This document shows, in pieces, positions 11,342-23,840 of a stretch of 64,000 nucleotides of DNA. The notes under the pieces are model-generated. The model made no database searches, was not told the DNA's origin, and worked only from the letters and a program-made list of their open reading frames with translations. The position numbers were made by a program, and so were the translations under genes. Numbering within the stretch: the stretch's first letter is position 1; each line of letters begins with the position of its first letter. The DNA comes from Phoronis australis (Eukaryota; Animalia; Phoronida). The stretch covers positions 307,383-371,382 of the forward strand of contig NMRA01000449.1 in NCBI GenBank assembly GCA_002633005.1, read 5' to 3'.

Positions 11342-14300
11342 CCCCCCCCCCCTGGGTGCGCGCATAAATTTCTCGAACACTTGGCAGAACACGTCTTGAT
11401 AATAAGCATACGGCATCAGAAGGTAAATAGTGTGTTGCGAGTTTGCAATGTTTGCTTCTATTCCACGGATTACAGCAGGTCAGTTGTTGTAGGGGTGATC
11501 GGTGTCTAAAGTGTTAAAATCCATCATTTTGGGGTGTGGATCACACTGAGACTTGGGAACGAGTATTTAGACCACACTGATTCTGGAGGCATAGGTCACA
11601 GAACCTAAATTAGACCTTGGATATTTTTTGGCAGTCCCGAGTAACATATCAGGGTTACGTGAACGACTAATACAACGCACTTGGGCTTTCCATTGTGTGC
11701 GTGTGTGTGGTTGTTGAACGCTAGAGGTTACTCGATATTTTGTCATGTGATGGAACTCTAGTCCTGTAATACTATGCCAACTTCGATCTCGCGCACCCTC
11801 GTCCCCAAACCTCAAAATGACGCTGATCAGTTCATCCACGATCAGCGCCATCTTGAGGCATGGAGACGAGGCTAGAACTCGCGCTGCTAAGATTGCTGCG
11901 CACTTTCGTGGAATATGTATTCATTTGTTCCGATGTTGGTTCTTGCGATGGAAATTACTGTCACTTAAACGTTTCGCAACTTCTCCATTTTTCAACCGAA
12001 TTGTACAAGAGTCATATAATTACAGTAGAAAGCCCTTTATCAGCTCTTGATGATTATACCAGGAGCAAAAGATAAATAAATTAATCCATAAGTAATTTTC
12101 CCATACCTGACAGACTTAAAAATGTTTTAAATTTTAAAAACCAAGACTGTTACCTAAATTAAAAAAATAACAAGGTGTAATAGTGACATATAAAAAGAGA
12201 TGAACCTGTGAGGTAATATACATATCAGTTAAACTTGCAGGGAAGAAATGTCAGTGATTCAAAAGATTTATAACCTGTAAGGATAGAGATGTTAGAATAC
12301 GGATTCTTCACCGTTCATGTGGAAAATTTTAGTCAGCCATTCACCCAAATTTTACATCTTTATATATTAATTTGACCTTTGGTGCTGTTTTATAAAATTA
12401 CATTCTTCAGTAAAAATTCAGGATACAGTAACATTTACAAAATATATGATAAAATAATTATTTCAACCACCTGTCCGAAATGCAGATATTTTTTCTGGAA
12501 CACAAAAAATGGACAAACGTATATTACGTAACTTTGAAATGTACTGTGGATGGCTCATCACTTTGGTTGCAGTACAGGACTTTTCAATAAAAGTTTAGAA
12601 ATAAACGCATTTCTTCGTAAAGTAAAAACTAGTGTTAGTGATCCAAGTATTGTATGGTACCGTAAACAAGAGATTTTATATTGGAACACATGTTTATAGT
12701 TTTTATGTTTACTAAAGAAAGAGGACAATGGAAAATAACAATATCCATAACAAAGAGGTAATGTTGTTTTAAACACCTGCTGCACATTTTTTACGATCGA
12801 CATTCAAGTACAAAAAAACGGAACAACTGGGAAAATTGGGACTTCCGGATAAAAATTGGCACGTCTGGGTCTAAGCCAAAACGCAAGAGTGAAATGTTCG
12901 CTGCAACACACAAAACGAGAGACGTTACACCCGAAAGTGTCGGGCAGCGTTTTTTGTAGGATGGTAAACTGCGAGTGCTGCAAAGTCACGAAACGACACG
13001 TTTGTTCTTTTTAGTAGAACGGGAAAATACGGTTATGTCGCGTGAAAAACTATAATAGTGTATGCGATGTGACAGTTTGTCGTGTGCCAAAAAGCGTGAC
13101 ATTCTGATGGTGGGACGGAATGGCGGGAAATTTCAAAAAGTGGGATTGGCATTGTCCGCGATGGTCGTCCTGGTAATTAACAAAGACACTGTACGCTGTC
13201 CGCAACACCAAGTATTGGATTGAATTCTTTTACTAGGTAAAATTTCATTTTTTAAATTTCATTTCACAGGTAGAATAATAACATTTGGCCTACTGCTCAG
13301 AAATCGAATTGACAAAAAACGGCATCTGGGCAACAGGTACACATCGCAAAAATTACAATCTTTTGTTGAATAACTAGCATGTAGTTTCAGTTGATAGGCT
13401 GTCGATAGTGATTCTTCGACTAGAGCTGAAAAGACAGCCAAACAATTCCTTCCATCCAGCCAGGACCACAGGCATAGGTCGGTTCGTATACAGAATGACA
13501 CCGAAACATGTCAAGTTTTAAAACCGTTGTTGTTTTCTTGAATAAATAATGAACAATGTTATTGACGGATTTGCTGACTAATTTTCTCCGAGAAACCGCT
13601 GACTGCATGGAACCGTATCTCGAGTCCCGCTTGGTGAACAAAAATGACAAAATGAAGAAATGAAATTAGGCTTTATTTGATAATTAAAACAATCGATCAA
13701 AACTCAGTCGAGCAAACAGGAAATTCTCAGTGCGAACTCTCGCGGCTAGTCTCGGGGTGGCAAGCTCTAATAAAAAATACACCGGTCAAGTGCGGGAGTT
13801 GGCATTCTAGGGCTAGAGGTCTATGGTCTTATTTAAGGACTAGTAGGGCGCTGTGATTCTAGCAGTTGTGACACCCCACAGATTTCTATCAAGCTGAGGC
13901 ATTTTTTGCTTTACCACGGAAGAAGGTTTCGCTTTCATTTTCGTCTCTCACATTTAAGTTTAGAACAACTAATAATATATTTCTTTTCAAGAAATACGGA
14001 GTTCATTAGCTGATTTTTAATCCTTAGTTCGACTTCGCTTCTCATCTGATTTTGTCGAGTTGAGAGTACGCCTACTACCCCTGACCCAGGAGGCTACATC
14101 GAATGACTTCGCATTTTCGATTCTCAACTTTTGGCTGGCAGTTTGAAAATGCTATGTCATTCGATGTCAAAATTTAAGCAAGCAATATGCATTTCGGGAT
14201 GATCGATTCATTCGATTACCGTACCCAATAAGTACAAAAATTAGGTCGCGTCTACATGGCTCCACTCTACCCTCGTAGAAATGTAACTTGAAGGTGCGAA

Positions 14301-15408
14301 TCATCTAATCGAGAAATCGTGATTTTTTGTTATAAGCATTATTGGAAGTTATGAAGTGTAAATATGTGAAACATTATATAATGTCTTAACAGTATGATAA
14401 TATGTCAACCGTTTGAAATTTAGTGGCTTTGGCCGTTTACGGTTTCCATTGCAAATTAAAATAACATGGCCCTGCGGTTGACTTGAAAATATTCGTCATT
14501 ATCGGCACTTGAAATGCCCTCCAAAGTTGAGTTTAAAAATCTGACAGAACAAAAAAACGAATGTGTGACAATCCTGAATGTGTTATTAATAACATAAATG
14601 CATATTTCGGACAATGTCGCCACAATCTTTCCAGAAATGTTGTTTTAACAAATCTCTTTCCCGTCCACTTACACGGAAAATCAACGTGAATGGTTTTGTT
14701 AATTCTTACCTAAGGAAATTTATGGACGAAACCATAGATTCGTGTATTGAGGTATTAAAATGTCCCAACGTAACAGTCATACTACATTTGAAATTCAACC
14801 GTGAAAACGCAATAGACACGCTTGTGTTTAAAACCGAGCTGTGTACGCGTAATCTTGCTTTTGTCGAACTTTCGATGAAAACCTCTTTCGAAGTAGTTGT
14901 ACAGTACTTACCGAATGCACAACACGCAAGAGTAATGCACTTAACATTAGCCTGACAAGCACACACTGTACAATACATTGCTTAGTTTTGACAATACTCC
15001 ATGCTTCCGTTTAGATCTGGTTACCGATGAGACCCTCTTGAATAAACACCTTTTGCGATACAAAGTGAAAGGTAGATTTTAGTACCTATTCCCTTTGTTT
15101 GATGGTGCTGTTGAGCAGAAGTTTTGAATCCGGAACATCCACGATATTTTCGTAACGTCAATTTCCCCCGGAGACGAACATTATCTCCATAACTACGTAT
15201 TTCACTCTTACACCCAATCATTCTCCAATGAAAAAGGCAGAATACTTGCCGCTTGACTGATCAGTACATGCCTAGATAACGCTAGTCTCCGAGGAGAAAC
15301 TTGATGCTTCGAAATACCTGAGGTGTTTCAAATGTTGTTGCTGGTGTCCTAACTTGCCGAGTGGCATCACGTATGTTTGGCTTCTTACATTTGACTGCTG
15401 CTCTGTAG

Positions 15409-17550
15409 TTTTCTGTTACCTGACTGTGTGGAGCGGGTGGTCGGAGTGTTCGACAACGTGTAACGAAGGCGTCAAATACCGCCTCAAAGCTTGCAGGACG
15501 ATGGAAGGCAAAAAGTGCGTAGACACTGCGTGTTTTGGCGACACAAAGGAGTCTCTTATCTGCAATAAAGACCCTAAGATGAAGTGTGCACATTCGGGTA
15601 AGATTATGATTGGGATGGACAAGTGTGCTGTTCGCAAGCGTTGGCAGGTTGATGGTCCAAATCAATTTGACAGATAAGAATTTTTAAAACGCCGTTTGGT
15701 TGGTACTGCAAGGAAGCAGTTACACATCTCAACGAGACAGCACATATATGGATTCAGGAGACCTTCGCACGAGGTCCTAGATCTGCCAATACATCAACAT
15801 CAAAATTAGAATCCATGTCTTTCAGTTTTAGCTGCTGTAAAACGATGAGTACTTTTCCTCTGCACGAGCGCTCTCATGAACGATGTTTTTTCTCTAGAAC
15901 AATAGAGTCTTCTCACAAGCAATTTCTACTTTCACATGCGCAGCAATTAGTCGGTTTGGTCCACATTTGTACTCTCATGAAACAGTTCTTTTCTCAACAC
16001 GGACAGTGTTTTTTGTCCTGAGAATTACTGCAATCGCGTTTGGTGCACTGCGTTATTCAGAACTTTACAAATATTTGTTTGTGAAAAAAACACGTTTAAG
16101 GAACTGTTTTTGTCTGGAAACAAACGTGTTTGAAAGAAAACTACGCTTTACGTGAAAATAGAAAAACTCTTCTTGTAAGGAGTAAATGCCGTTAGAGGTT
16201 CTCGCGGGAGGAAAACGTAATGGCTACTGCATATGCGGTGGTTATTAGTTCAGTACATCCTAGCTATTTTATGTGTGAATTTGCTACTACCGTAGTCTGT
16301 TACGAAACGAATGTGTTTCTGGTAACAGCATTCACACCGAGCTTTCACTAAATGTGTTGTCATTGTTAAAGAAGGTTTTTGATATGCCATATCCAGCTTG
16401 TCCATTGTCGATTGTTTGAGCAGTCCAGCATAGCGCAGATTTTGTAAGCGTTTCAAATTTCTTACACTGTTTTTCTGCGTCCCCAGTGACAAAATAAAAA
16501 CCGAAGAATTTAACCAATTTTCACAAGCCATTTTGTTTATACTTCGTTATCATGTTGTCTGAAATGTTGTATTTTTGCCGGCCGCCCTCTATGAACCATC
16601 GGCTAATTAGTCTAAATTGAGATCACCAACATTGACAGATCAATGTTTTGACTGCATGGATGTTCGAATGCGTCAATTTTCCATCTCGACGATGGTTTTC
16701 AAGGTATAACTGAAAAACTAAGCCAAGGATCTCCACCGAACTTTCAGAATATGAAGGCAACTATACATCGCGGAACCCTATTGAATTCTCATGAAATCGA
16801 TACCTGGCAAACTGATACTTTGATCATCGGAAGGGTTGAGAGATTCATCGGCTTGACATTATTCACGACTTTCTGACTTTTATTCAAGTGGTTATCGTGT
16901 ACTCATTTCCATTATACCAGATTAGGGCAAATCATTCATCTTTGTATGACTTCAACAATAGTAACTGAAGCTATGGCTGGCAAAGGCTAATGAGATTTTT
17001 CAATTCTGATTGGACCAATTACATTCACTAGTTGATTCCACACTGATTCTGTTGGCTTTTTTTCATTATGAGAATGTGTCAATTTATACTTCAGTACCTA
17101 AATGTGGCAATGTGATTACTGAACGCATAAACAGTGGCGGACAATTTTGGAGCTTGAATCGCGTTTGGCGAGTTGTGCAACTAAAATTTAAAATGTTATT
17201 TGGCGACAGATGTTTGCCAAATGAATAGTAATCTGAAGGTGGATTTGGTGAACAGGTATTCACCTAGTTGAATCCTGCAATGAATATTTCTCAAGTCGGT
17301 AGTCGCAGGCGGCCTGCTTGAAATTGATTGACATCTTAATTCTCATAATATCTGATATTAGAGTGCTATTTCTGTTCCAGGTATGAAATTCCGCCGGAGT
17401 GCTTTTGCGTATTTGCATGCATCGAGCTCTGCATGCCGTGCGTTTCTTCCGTTACTGTTTACGTCGGTAGCCCTTGGTCTTTCATTAACAGTACTCTGTC
17501 AACAACATACAAAGTACACGTCTAAACGCGATTTACAAATATACAATTAA
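15409..17550 (+). CDS. TSP1 exon (15409-15597) plus hydrophobic terminal exon (17381-17550); either a small third gene or the 3' part of gene A
   Basis: Phase 1-1 exon [28 protein letters not shown]...CAHS G|gtaag; phase-1 acceptor ttccag|GT then [43 protein letters not shown]...* (TM or GPI-like segment). Confidence 0.7.
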
Positions 17551-17903
17551 CAACTGACATGCAGAAAGTTTAGAAATCTTAGAGAGGTCACTAGCTCACC
17601 AAGATGCGGAAACGTTTTGTTCAATCAGTGTTTGTTACAGTGACTTTAACAATTACTTGAAGAATAGTAAATTTTCTGGAAAATCTAGTTGAAGATAATA
17701 AAGATTTGTTGGGACCGTTTTTCATTTTCTCGGACTTTTGCTTCATTTCGTACGTTTTTCATAGCAAAAATTATAGTCCATGTCACAAGCAAAGCTCTAC
17801 AGAATATAACTACACCACGTGATCAGCGCGTCACTTAGCCATGGACAAAGTTTGACGTGTTGTTGGTATATATATTGGCAATACACTAGTACGGTTCTGA
17901 ATA

Positions 17904-20900
17904 ATGACGCGTACTTTTCGAAAACAGCGTCTAACCGGAGTTACTTCTGCCATTCTGTTATCATTTTGTGCAACAGTATTTTCCGTCAGAACATCTGGTA
18001 AGTTTTTGAGTGTACCTTTTGATACTTTCTCACTAACCATAGACTTACGAAGACCCCCGCAAACATAAAGGCCCCGTGGGTACTGTTTTTTAAACAAGGG
18101 CCGAAAAAAAACCCATGAGGGTTCTTTCGGGATCACTTTGCTATTCTGGTATGGGACAAAGGTTTGAAACATGTGACAAACATTTTTTTTCAATATTGTT
18201 CTTAAAGGGATCTCGAATGTACAGGTATTCATCGACGACTTCAATTGTCATTGGAGGCGTCGCTGAACTACTCTTATAGAAGTGAAACTACCATAAAAGT
18301 GAAACCTGGCTGTTATTTCATGTCAATCAAATTTAAACTCTATGTGGAAAAAATAGCAGCATCCGATTCCATCATCACTGATTTGAATTTCAAACCTCAA
18401 GTGCAATCGCTTATTCTTCTCATAGCACTTTCAAAGCACAAAGCTCAAAGATGACGCTCTGGCAAACAATATAAGTTTCCGAAAGATCCCCCACTATTTC
18501 CCATAGAGCATCATGTGGGGTACTTTTTCCACTTTTCCATTGTGATACAAAAAAGGAAAACCCTTTTACGTTTGTAGGGTATGTCACGATAACCAAAATG
18601 CATCTAGTATCTTAATGAAGTGTCATTGCCAATTTTCTTCAGTAGCTGTGAAAAACACAACGTGGACACAATGGTCGAGTTGCACGAGTTCTTGCGGCAA
18701 CGGAGTGCGCGTGCGCAGTCAGCAGTGCACCGCCGGGACATCGTGTATCGTTAAGCAAGCGTACCAAATACGTGAGTGCATCCCGTCGGTTAATTGTTTA
18801 AGCAAAAAAACGAAACATCTGAAAAATTGGTCATTAACCAGGCGTCAAGAAATATACCAAATTTTGAACAATATGATAAATGCTCGGAAATATATTTATC
18901 TTAAAAGTAGCAAGACTAATCAAGAAGCGTGGTCTCCGTGGACACCATGGTCTGAATGCGACTGCTTAACTATGACCAGAACGCGAAACAGGAACTGCGT
19001 AAAACGTTGTAAGGGGCACGGAATAGAAACCGAATCGTGTCAAGATTTCAATTGCACTGCACAAAACGTTCATTCGGTTAAAACGGACAGAAGTGGTACC
19101 CACACAGTTTCTAGTGCACAATCCAGTGATTTTGGTCCCACCGACTTGTTTGAGTTTGAAGAAACTAGTTCAGATTGTGGAGGAGACAACTGCGACTCAC
19201 CGGAAATTATGAGAAAGCAGTCTGACAACCACACGTTAAAAGAGCAGCTAAGAAGCTCAGTATCGAAGGCCAAGTTTCATTACGTCAGCTCTCTCATGAA
19301 CTTACTTTCCGAAATGAACAGAAACATGTTTTCAATGTTTGAAAAGTCTCGTAAAAAAAGAAGCACAACTGTGTTTGTATCTAACGAAGACAAAAGGAAC
19401 AAATCTCGCCATGCACTGAAGTGGTCTCAGTGGTCTCAGTGGACTGAATGCTCCGCAACCTGTGGAACAGGTCACATAGTCAGGTCGAGACATTGCATGG
19501 AGTACAGATTGGAGGCTCTCAAAGAACGGAAATACTTGAGAAAGAAGAAGGAAAAGAAAACAGGGCGGCAAGTGAAGCCCGGAAATTGTGTTGGTGAAGA
19601 TCACGCGATCCTAGATTGTCCAACGAACCGCTCTCGCTGTCCTTATCACCCCACGCCAGATGAACTCATCAGTGATGAAAAGGTTGCATATATAGTGAAC
19701 GTGGTTTCCAATAAAACGATGGATGGTGGTCGCCTTGCCTCAAAATTCAATGTGAAAGGCTCCAGGGAGCAAGAGATACACATAGCTCCAGGTAGTGTCA
19801 ATCAGGCCAAATATTCACGAAATTGATACTAAACTAGCATGTCTTCCATGAAATTGAATTTCATTATAATTTAACTTTTATCCTCTCTCAATGCGTTAGT
19901 GTGCGGTTCGGAATTATGCAGATTAAGTTTAAAAGAGGCCTATTAAAAACACAGTTCTTCATGCATTTTAAGCACAGGTGTTAGCAAAGTGAAATGATGA
20001 CATAACACTCTCAGTTGAAACTTTTCATAGTTAGCCGCACCGTCATTCAGTGGTTGAAATAATGGAAAGCGACGCTCTTTCGGTGTAACTAGACCGTCAG
20101 TTTACCACTTACATCAATCATCTTCCTTTAGATGGAAATATCCTGTCGATTTGGGAAAACTGGACTCCGTGTTGTAACGGCATTAAGTTTCGTAGCATTG
20201 TTTGCGACAACAAGACCGCGTTTAGGAACTTCTACAGGAACGAGAGAAAGCATCACCGGTGTCTTAACATGAAGAAGATAATGATATGCAAGAAAGACTA
20301 TTGCAGACATCGGAACAGCACCAAAAAACATCACGGTACACATCGCAAAGGCACCAGGTCTGGTAAGTTCAACAGTCGAGTCTTTCGTAGAAAATATCGA
20401 CGTAGGACAAAACTGTTATTTTTAAATATAGTCTGTTAACTTTAGTTTGAATAAGAGTTGACATATCGATGTGTATAATTTCCACCAACAGAGCACCACC
20501 ACTACTGGTGGAAAAATTTTGCGCAGTATAAGTGAATTGACACTTCGCGATCACCCAAACAACAGACCCAGTTATTCTTTAGCTTAACATTCCCCCAATT
20601 TATGTTTCACGAAGAATTCAAGATAGTCGGCCTTTCCTCAGTTATCGAGCCCACGGCGTGAGTTATCGATGCTGAGTCCTAATACATTTTCAAAACATCT
20701 GCTCCAAACTGGTACCCGTTGACAAGGATTACAGATCCTATTTTTGTAATAAAGATTCAAATTACCCGATAGCTATTAAAGTCATGCTTATCGAGTAAAT
20801 CCGGACTTAACATCCTTTAAGACACCTCGATGACGATTCCCAGTTCACCTGAAAGAAACATCTGCATATCAGCGAATTAACTTTGAACAAGTGTAACCAT

Positions 20901-22443
20901 TCATGACAAAATCTTCAGTAATGGAATCATATCAAGGATCTAGATACCATTGCTTTCCGACGTGAACGAAACGTGACGGTCTGTATCTGTGTTAATTAGA
21001 GATTCTGCAACGTTTTGTTCAACCAGGCTTCAGCTGAGAATGCACTCGGATATGATGTGCACGGTAGGAGAACGTGACGTTTCAAAATTCCCATGGTAAC
21101 GGAAGTGGACAATAAAGTCTATGACATCTTTTTCTTTCTGATACTAAGTGAGTCCGTTTTTATTTATTTCGGCTCCTATGTACTGAGTATTTGACGGCGT
21201 GCTCTTTTAAGTCTTCTGATATCTAACACATTAAACAGTACACACCATGGATTTTTGCACATTTCGAATTACAGGTGGCCACAGACTAAATGTATGACGT
21301 AAAATTTAGCCAAATCCATGATTATTTTGTGTCATTAGCTCGAAATTTTGATTTCTCTTTCAATTTCGGCAATTTTCACATTTCCCGCCATGTGACTTCA
21401 TGGGTTGAACACAAGAGATCAGCGACTAGTATTGAACAACGCCGGAGAGTAGGGAATTTGAAAGCGACAACTATTATGAGCAAGAAATGAACAAATACTA
21501 TGAAGAAACGTACGAGAATGGTGGCCAGGATGACGAAATGGGGTTGCACGAAAGCGAAAACGAGTTTGATATGTTTTCAGCTGCGTACTTTTCTACTTTG
21601 AGGTCTTACGAACTGGATCCTCCCGCGAGAGAAGCGGCCTCGGGCTTGGCCAGTCAACCCAGTCATCCAACAGACGATCCTGAATAAAGAGCCGATGTTT
21701 CTGAATGATAAATATTGTCCTTTATTGAACCAGGCCTTCATCGTAACATCTCCTGTGACTGGAGTCGAAACACTAGTCCTCAAAGTGGGCAGAACACAGA
21801 GTGGCTCCGGACAGAATCGCTTGGTCCACGCTGAGGTCCCACACTCTCGTTCGGCGCACGAAGCGATGCCACTACTCAGTGCGTAACTTTGGTGTCCTTC
21901 GGAACACCGAGACGTTCTCCGTCTGACTGCTGTTGCTGCAGCCTCCGCAAACACATCTTTTCATCCCTCTACGAACCTTCTCGACGCTAAATATACTTTA
22001 CTTTCAGTTCACTCTATACACTTAGTTGCTGATCCGAACAGTGTGCCAAACGACTTGGGTTCAACCCATGACGTTGTACATAATTTTTTTTTTTTCAATT
22101 TTTACGTGTTTCTTTATGAGCTGTGCACTAAAGGCACTGAAATCAAGTAAGATATAATAATAAAATTTATTTTGAGGTACTAGAGTCATGTTGCGTACAC
22201 TTTAAGGCAATATCGATATCTTTCATTTCAGTTGTTCCGTTGGCAATACTGGCCAAAGGTCACAACCATACACAGGCACGCTATTTAGACAAACTCACCA
22301 AACCAATTTTCTTAACACTGCCCGTCGCCACTGCTGTTGCCGTGATTTCCTTTATTGTTGCCATCGTAACATGGTTGGTGATGAATATAAAGTACAGAGT
22401 ACAGGAAGCGGATGATATAAAAATAGTTCCTACGGTTTACTGA
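17904..22443 (+). CDS. TSP1-repeat type I membrane protein B (~484 aa), exons 17904-17997, 18643-19791, 22232-22443
   Basis: Signal exon MTRTFRKQRLTGVTSAILLSFCATVFSVRTS-G|gtaagt; three TSP1 repeats; RKKR site; all introns phase 1; terminal exon with TM helix IFLTLPVATAVAVISFIVAIVTWLVM and a short tail ending PTVY*. Confidence 0.85.
21235..22201. mobile_element. Internally deleted Kolobok-type DNA transposon
   Basis: TTAA on both sides (21231-34, 22202-05); imperfect TIRs acagtacacaccatg / catgttgcgtacact; empty site (tcaa) at 29061-64; minus-strand THAP relic RCVCGGCSN...WHRFVRRTRVW...LCSAHFED*CF from ~21964; convergent plus-strand acidic ORF 21487-21687. Confidence 0.75.
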
Positions 22444-22865
22444 CGATGGACTCGTTACGGGTAAAATCATCGCCTAATTCGACATCCAGTTTCGCAAGTG
22501 ATATCGTTGTTTTCTGACTGGTACTGATGCGAAAGAAGGATGCTTTAAATTATAGAAACGTAATAAACTATCCAAAAGCTTTGTTGTCTGTCCTCTGATT
22601 TTTTGAAACACGGTGCAACTTCCTTAATAGTTGGATAACAATATCATGTATGTTATCCTCGCTCCGTCCATATGAAATGATATCGCTGTGGGGATCGCTT
22701 CATGTTTCGATCACTGTTGCTCCGTTTTTTTTTTTCGATTCCTTGTCTCCCCTTGTTGCCATGTTCTGATTGGTCAGATCCCAAACGGCGAAATCTGACC
22801 CGAGTCCTCCGGGCGGCAAAAGTGGAAAGAAATATTCCTCTCTAAGTTAGCCAATACCATATCAT

Positions 22866-23807
22866 ACAACAACATGTTTTGCACTGCACAAGACCACTTG
22901 CATATAAGTCACATTTCATAGAACTGTTTGGCAAGAGTTAAAAAAGAAACCATTCTAAATAATTTTGCCATATAAGGTAAGCGTAGTTCCAGTAAAACCT
23001 ACAATAATGTTACATCTCTTGTTGTTTGACAAGCAAGAAAGTAGCGCAAACAAAACTAAATCAACAACTATTCACCTTAATAAACAAATTATCATCCTAA
23101 CAGATCTTTTACTCAACAAGACTATCAGCTGTGAATCACGAAAAATAATCTCCCATCAACAGGTAGTGTTTATTACCATATCCAAACAAAACACATACAA
23201 CCGTGTTCCATGAAAGAAGGTTTTTCAAACAATTTCATCGGTTTTCTTGGCTGGAAGCTCCGATGTTTCAAACAACACATCTGTTAATCATATCTTCAAT
23301 TTGCTCGTTCATACCCGGCCAAACTATTATATCACGAGGTCTTTATTTTGTCCGTGTCTTTCCCGTATATGATTGGTGTAGCATACCTGTGCATACGGAG
23401 TGTAGTGGGAATTTACTTATTCATTTATTTATTTATTAATGTAACATTTACAATGAGGGTATCCCCATCAGTTCACACTGCTTTTCATGGGGCCCTCAGT
23501 AAAAACACACACACAGTAAGACAAACTAACAGAGTTACAAAATAAAAGGCAATATTTAAATTATCAGCAAAGAATAAGAAATTATCATGGAAAGACCGAT
23601 GAAACAAAATAAAAAAATAAAACATGATAAATACAAGATAATAAAAATAAGACAAGATGATTAACTAACATATAAATTTTAATATTTAATAAAACAGACA
23701 ATAAATAGTTAATAAAAGTAAGTCATATCAAATATATACACGCATATATACACATACATATGCACACACATACAGAAGTAGATACACACATACATACATA
23801 CATACAC

Positions 23808-23840
<33 letters not shown>

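Noticed and set aside
10633-11509. Long ORFs of 220-280 aa
   Set aside because: Artefacts of translating the N gap.
13215-13827. Possible DNA transposon with a PHD-like relic and a catagac end
   Set aside because: Only one terminus seen and the Cys pattern is too degraded.
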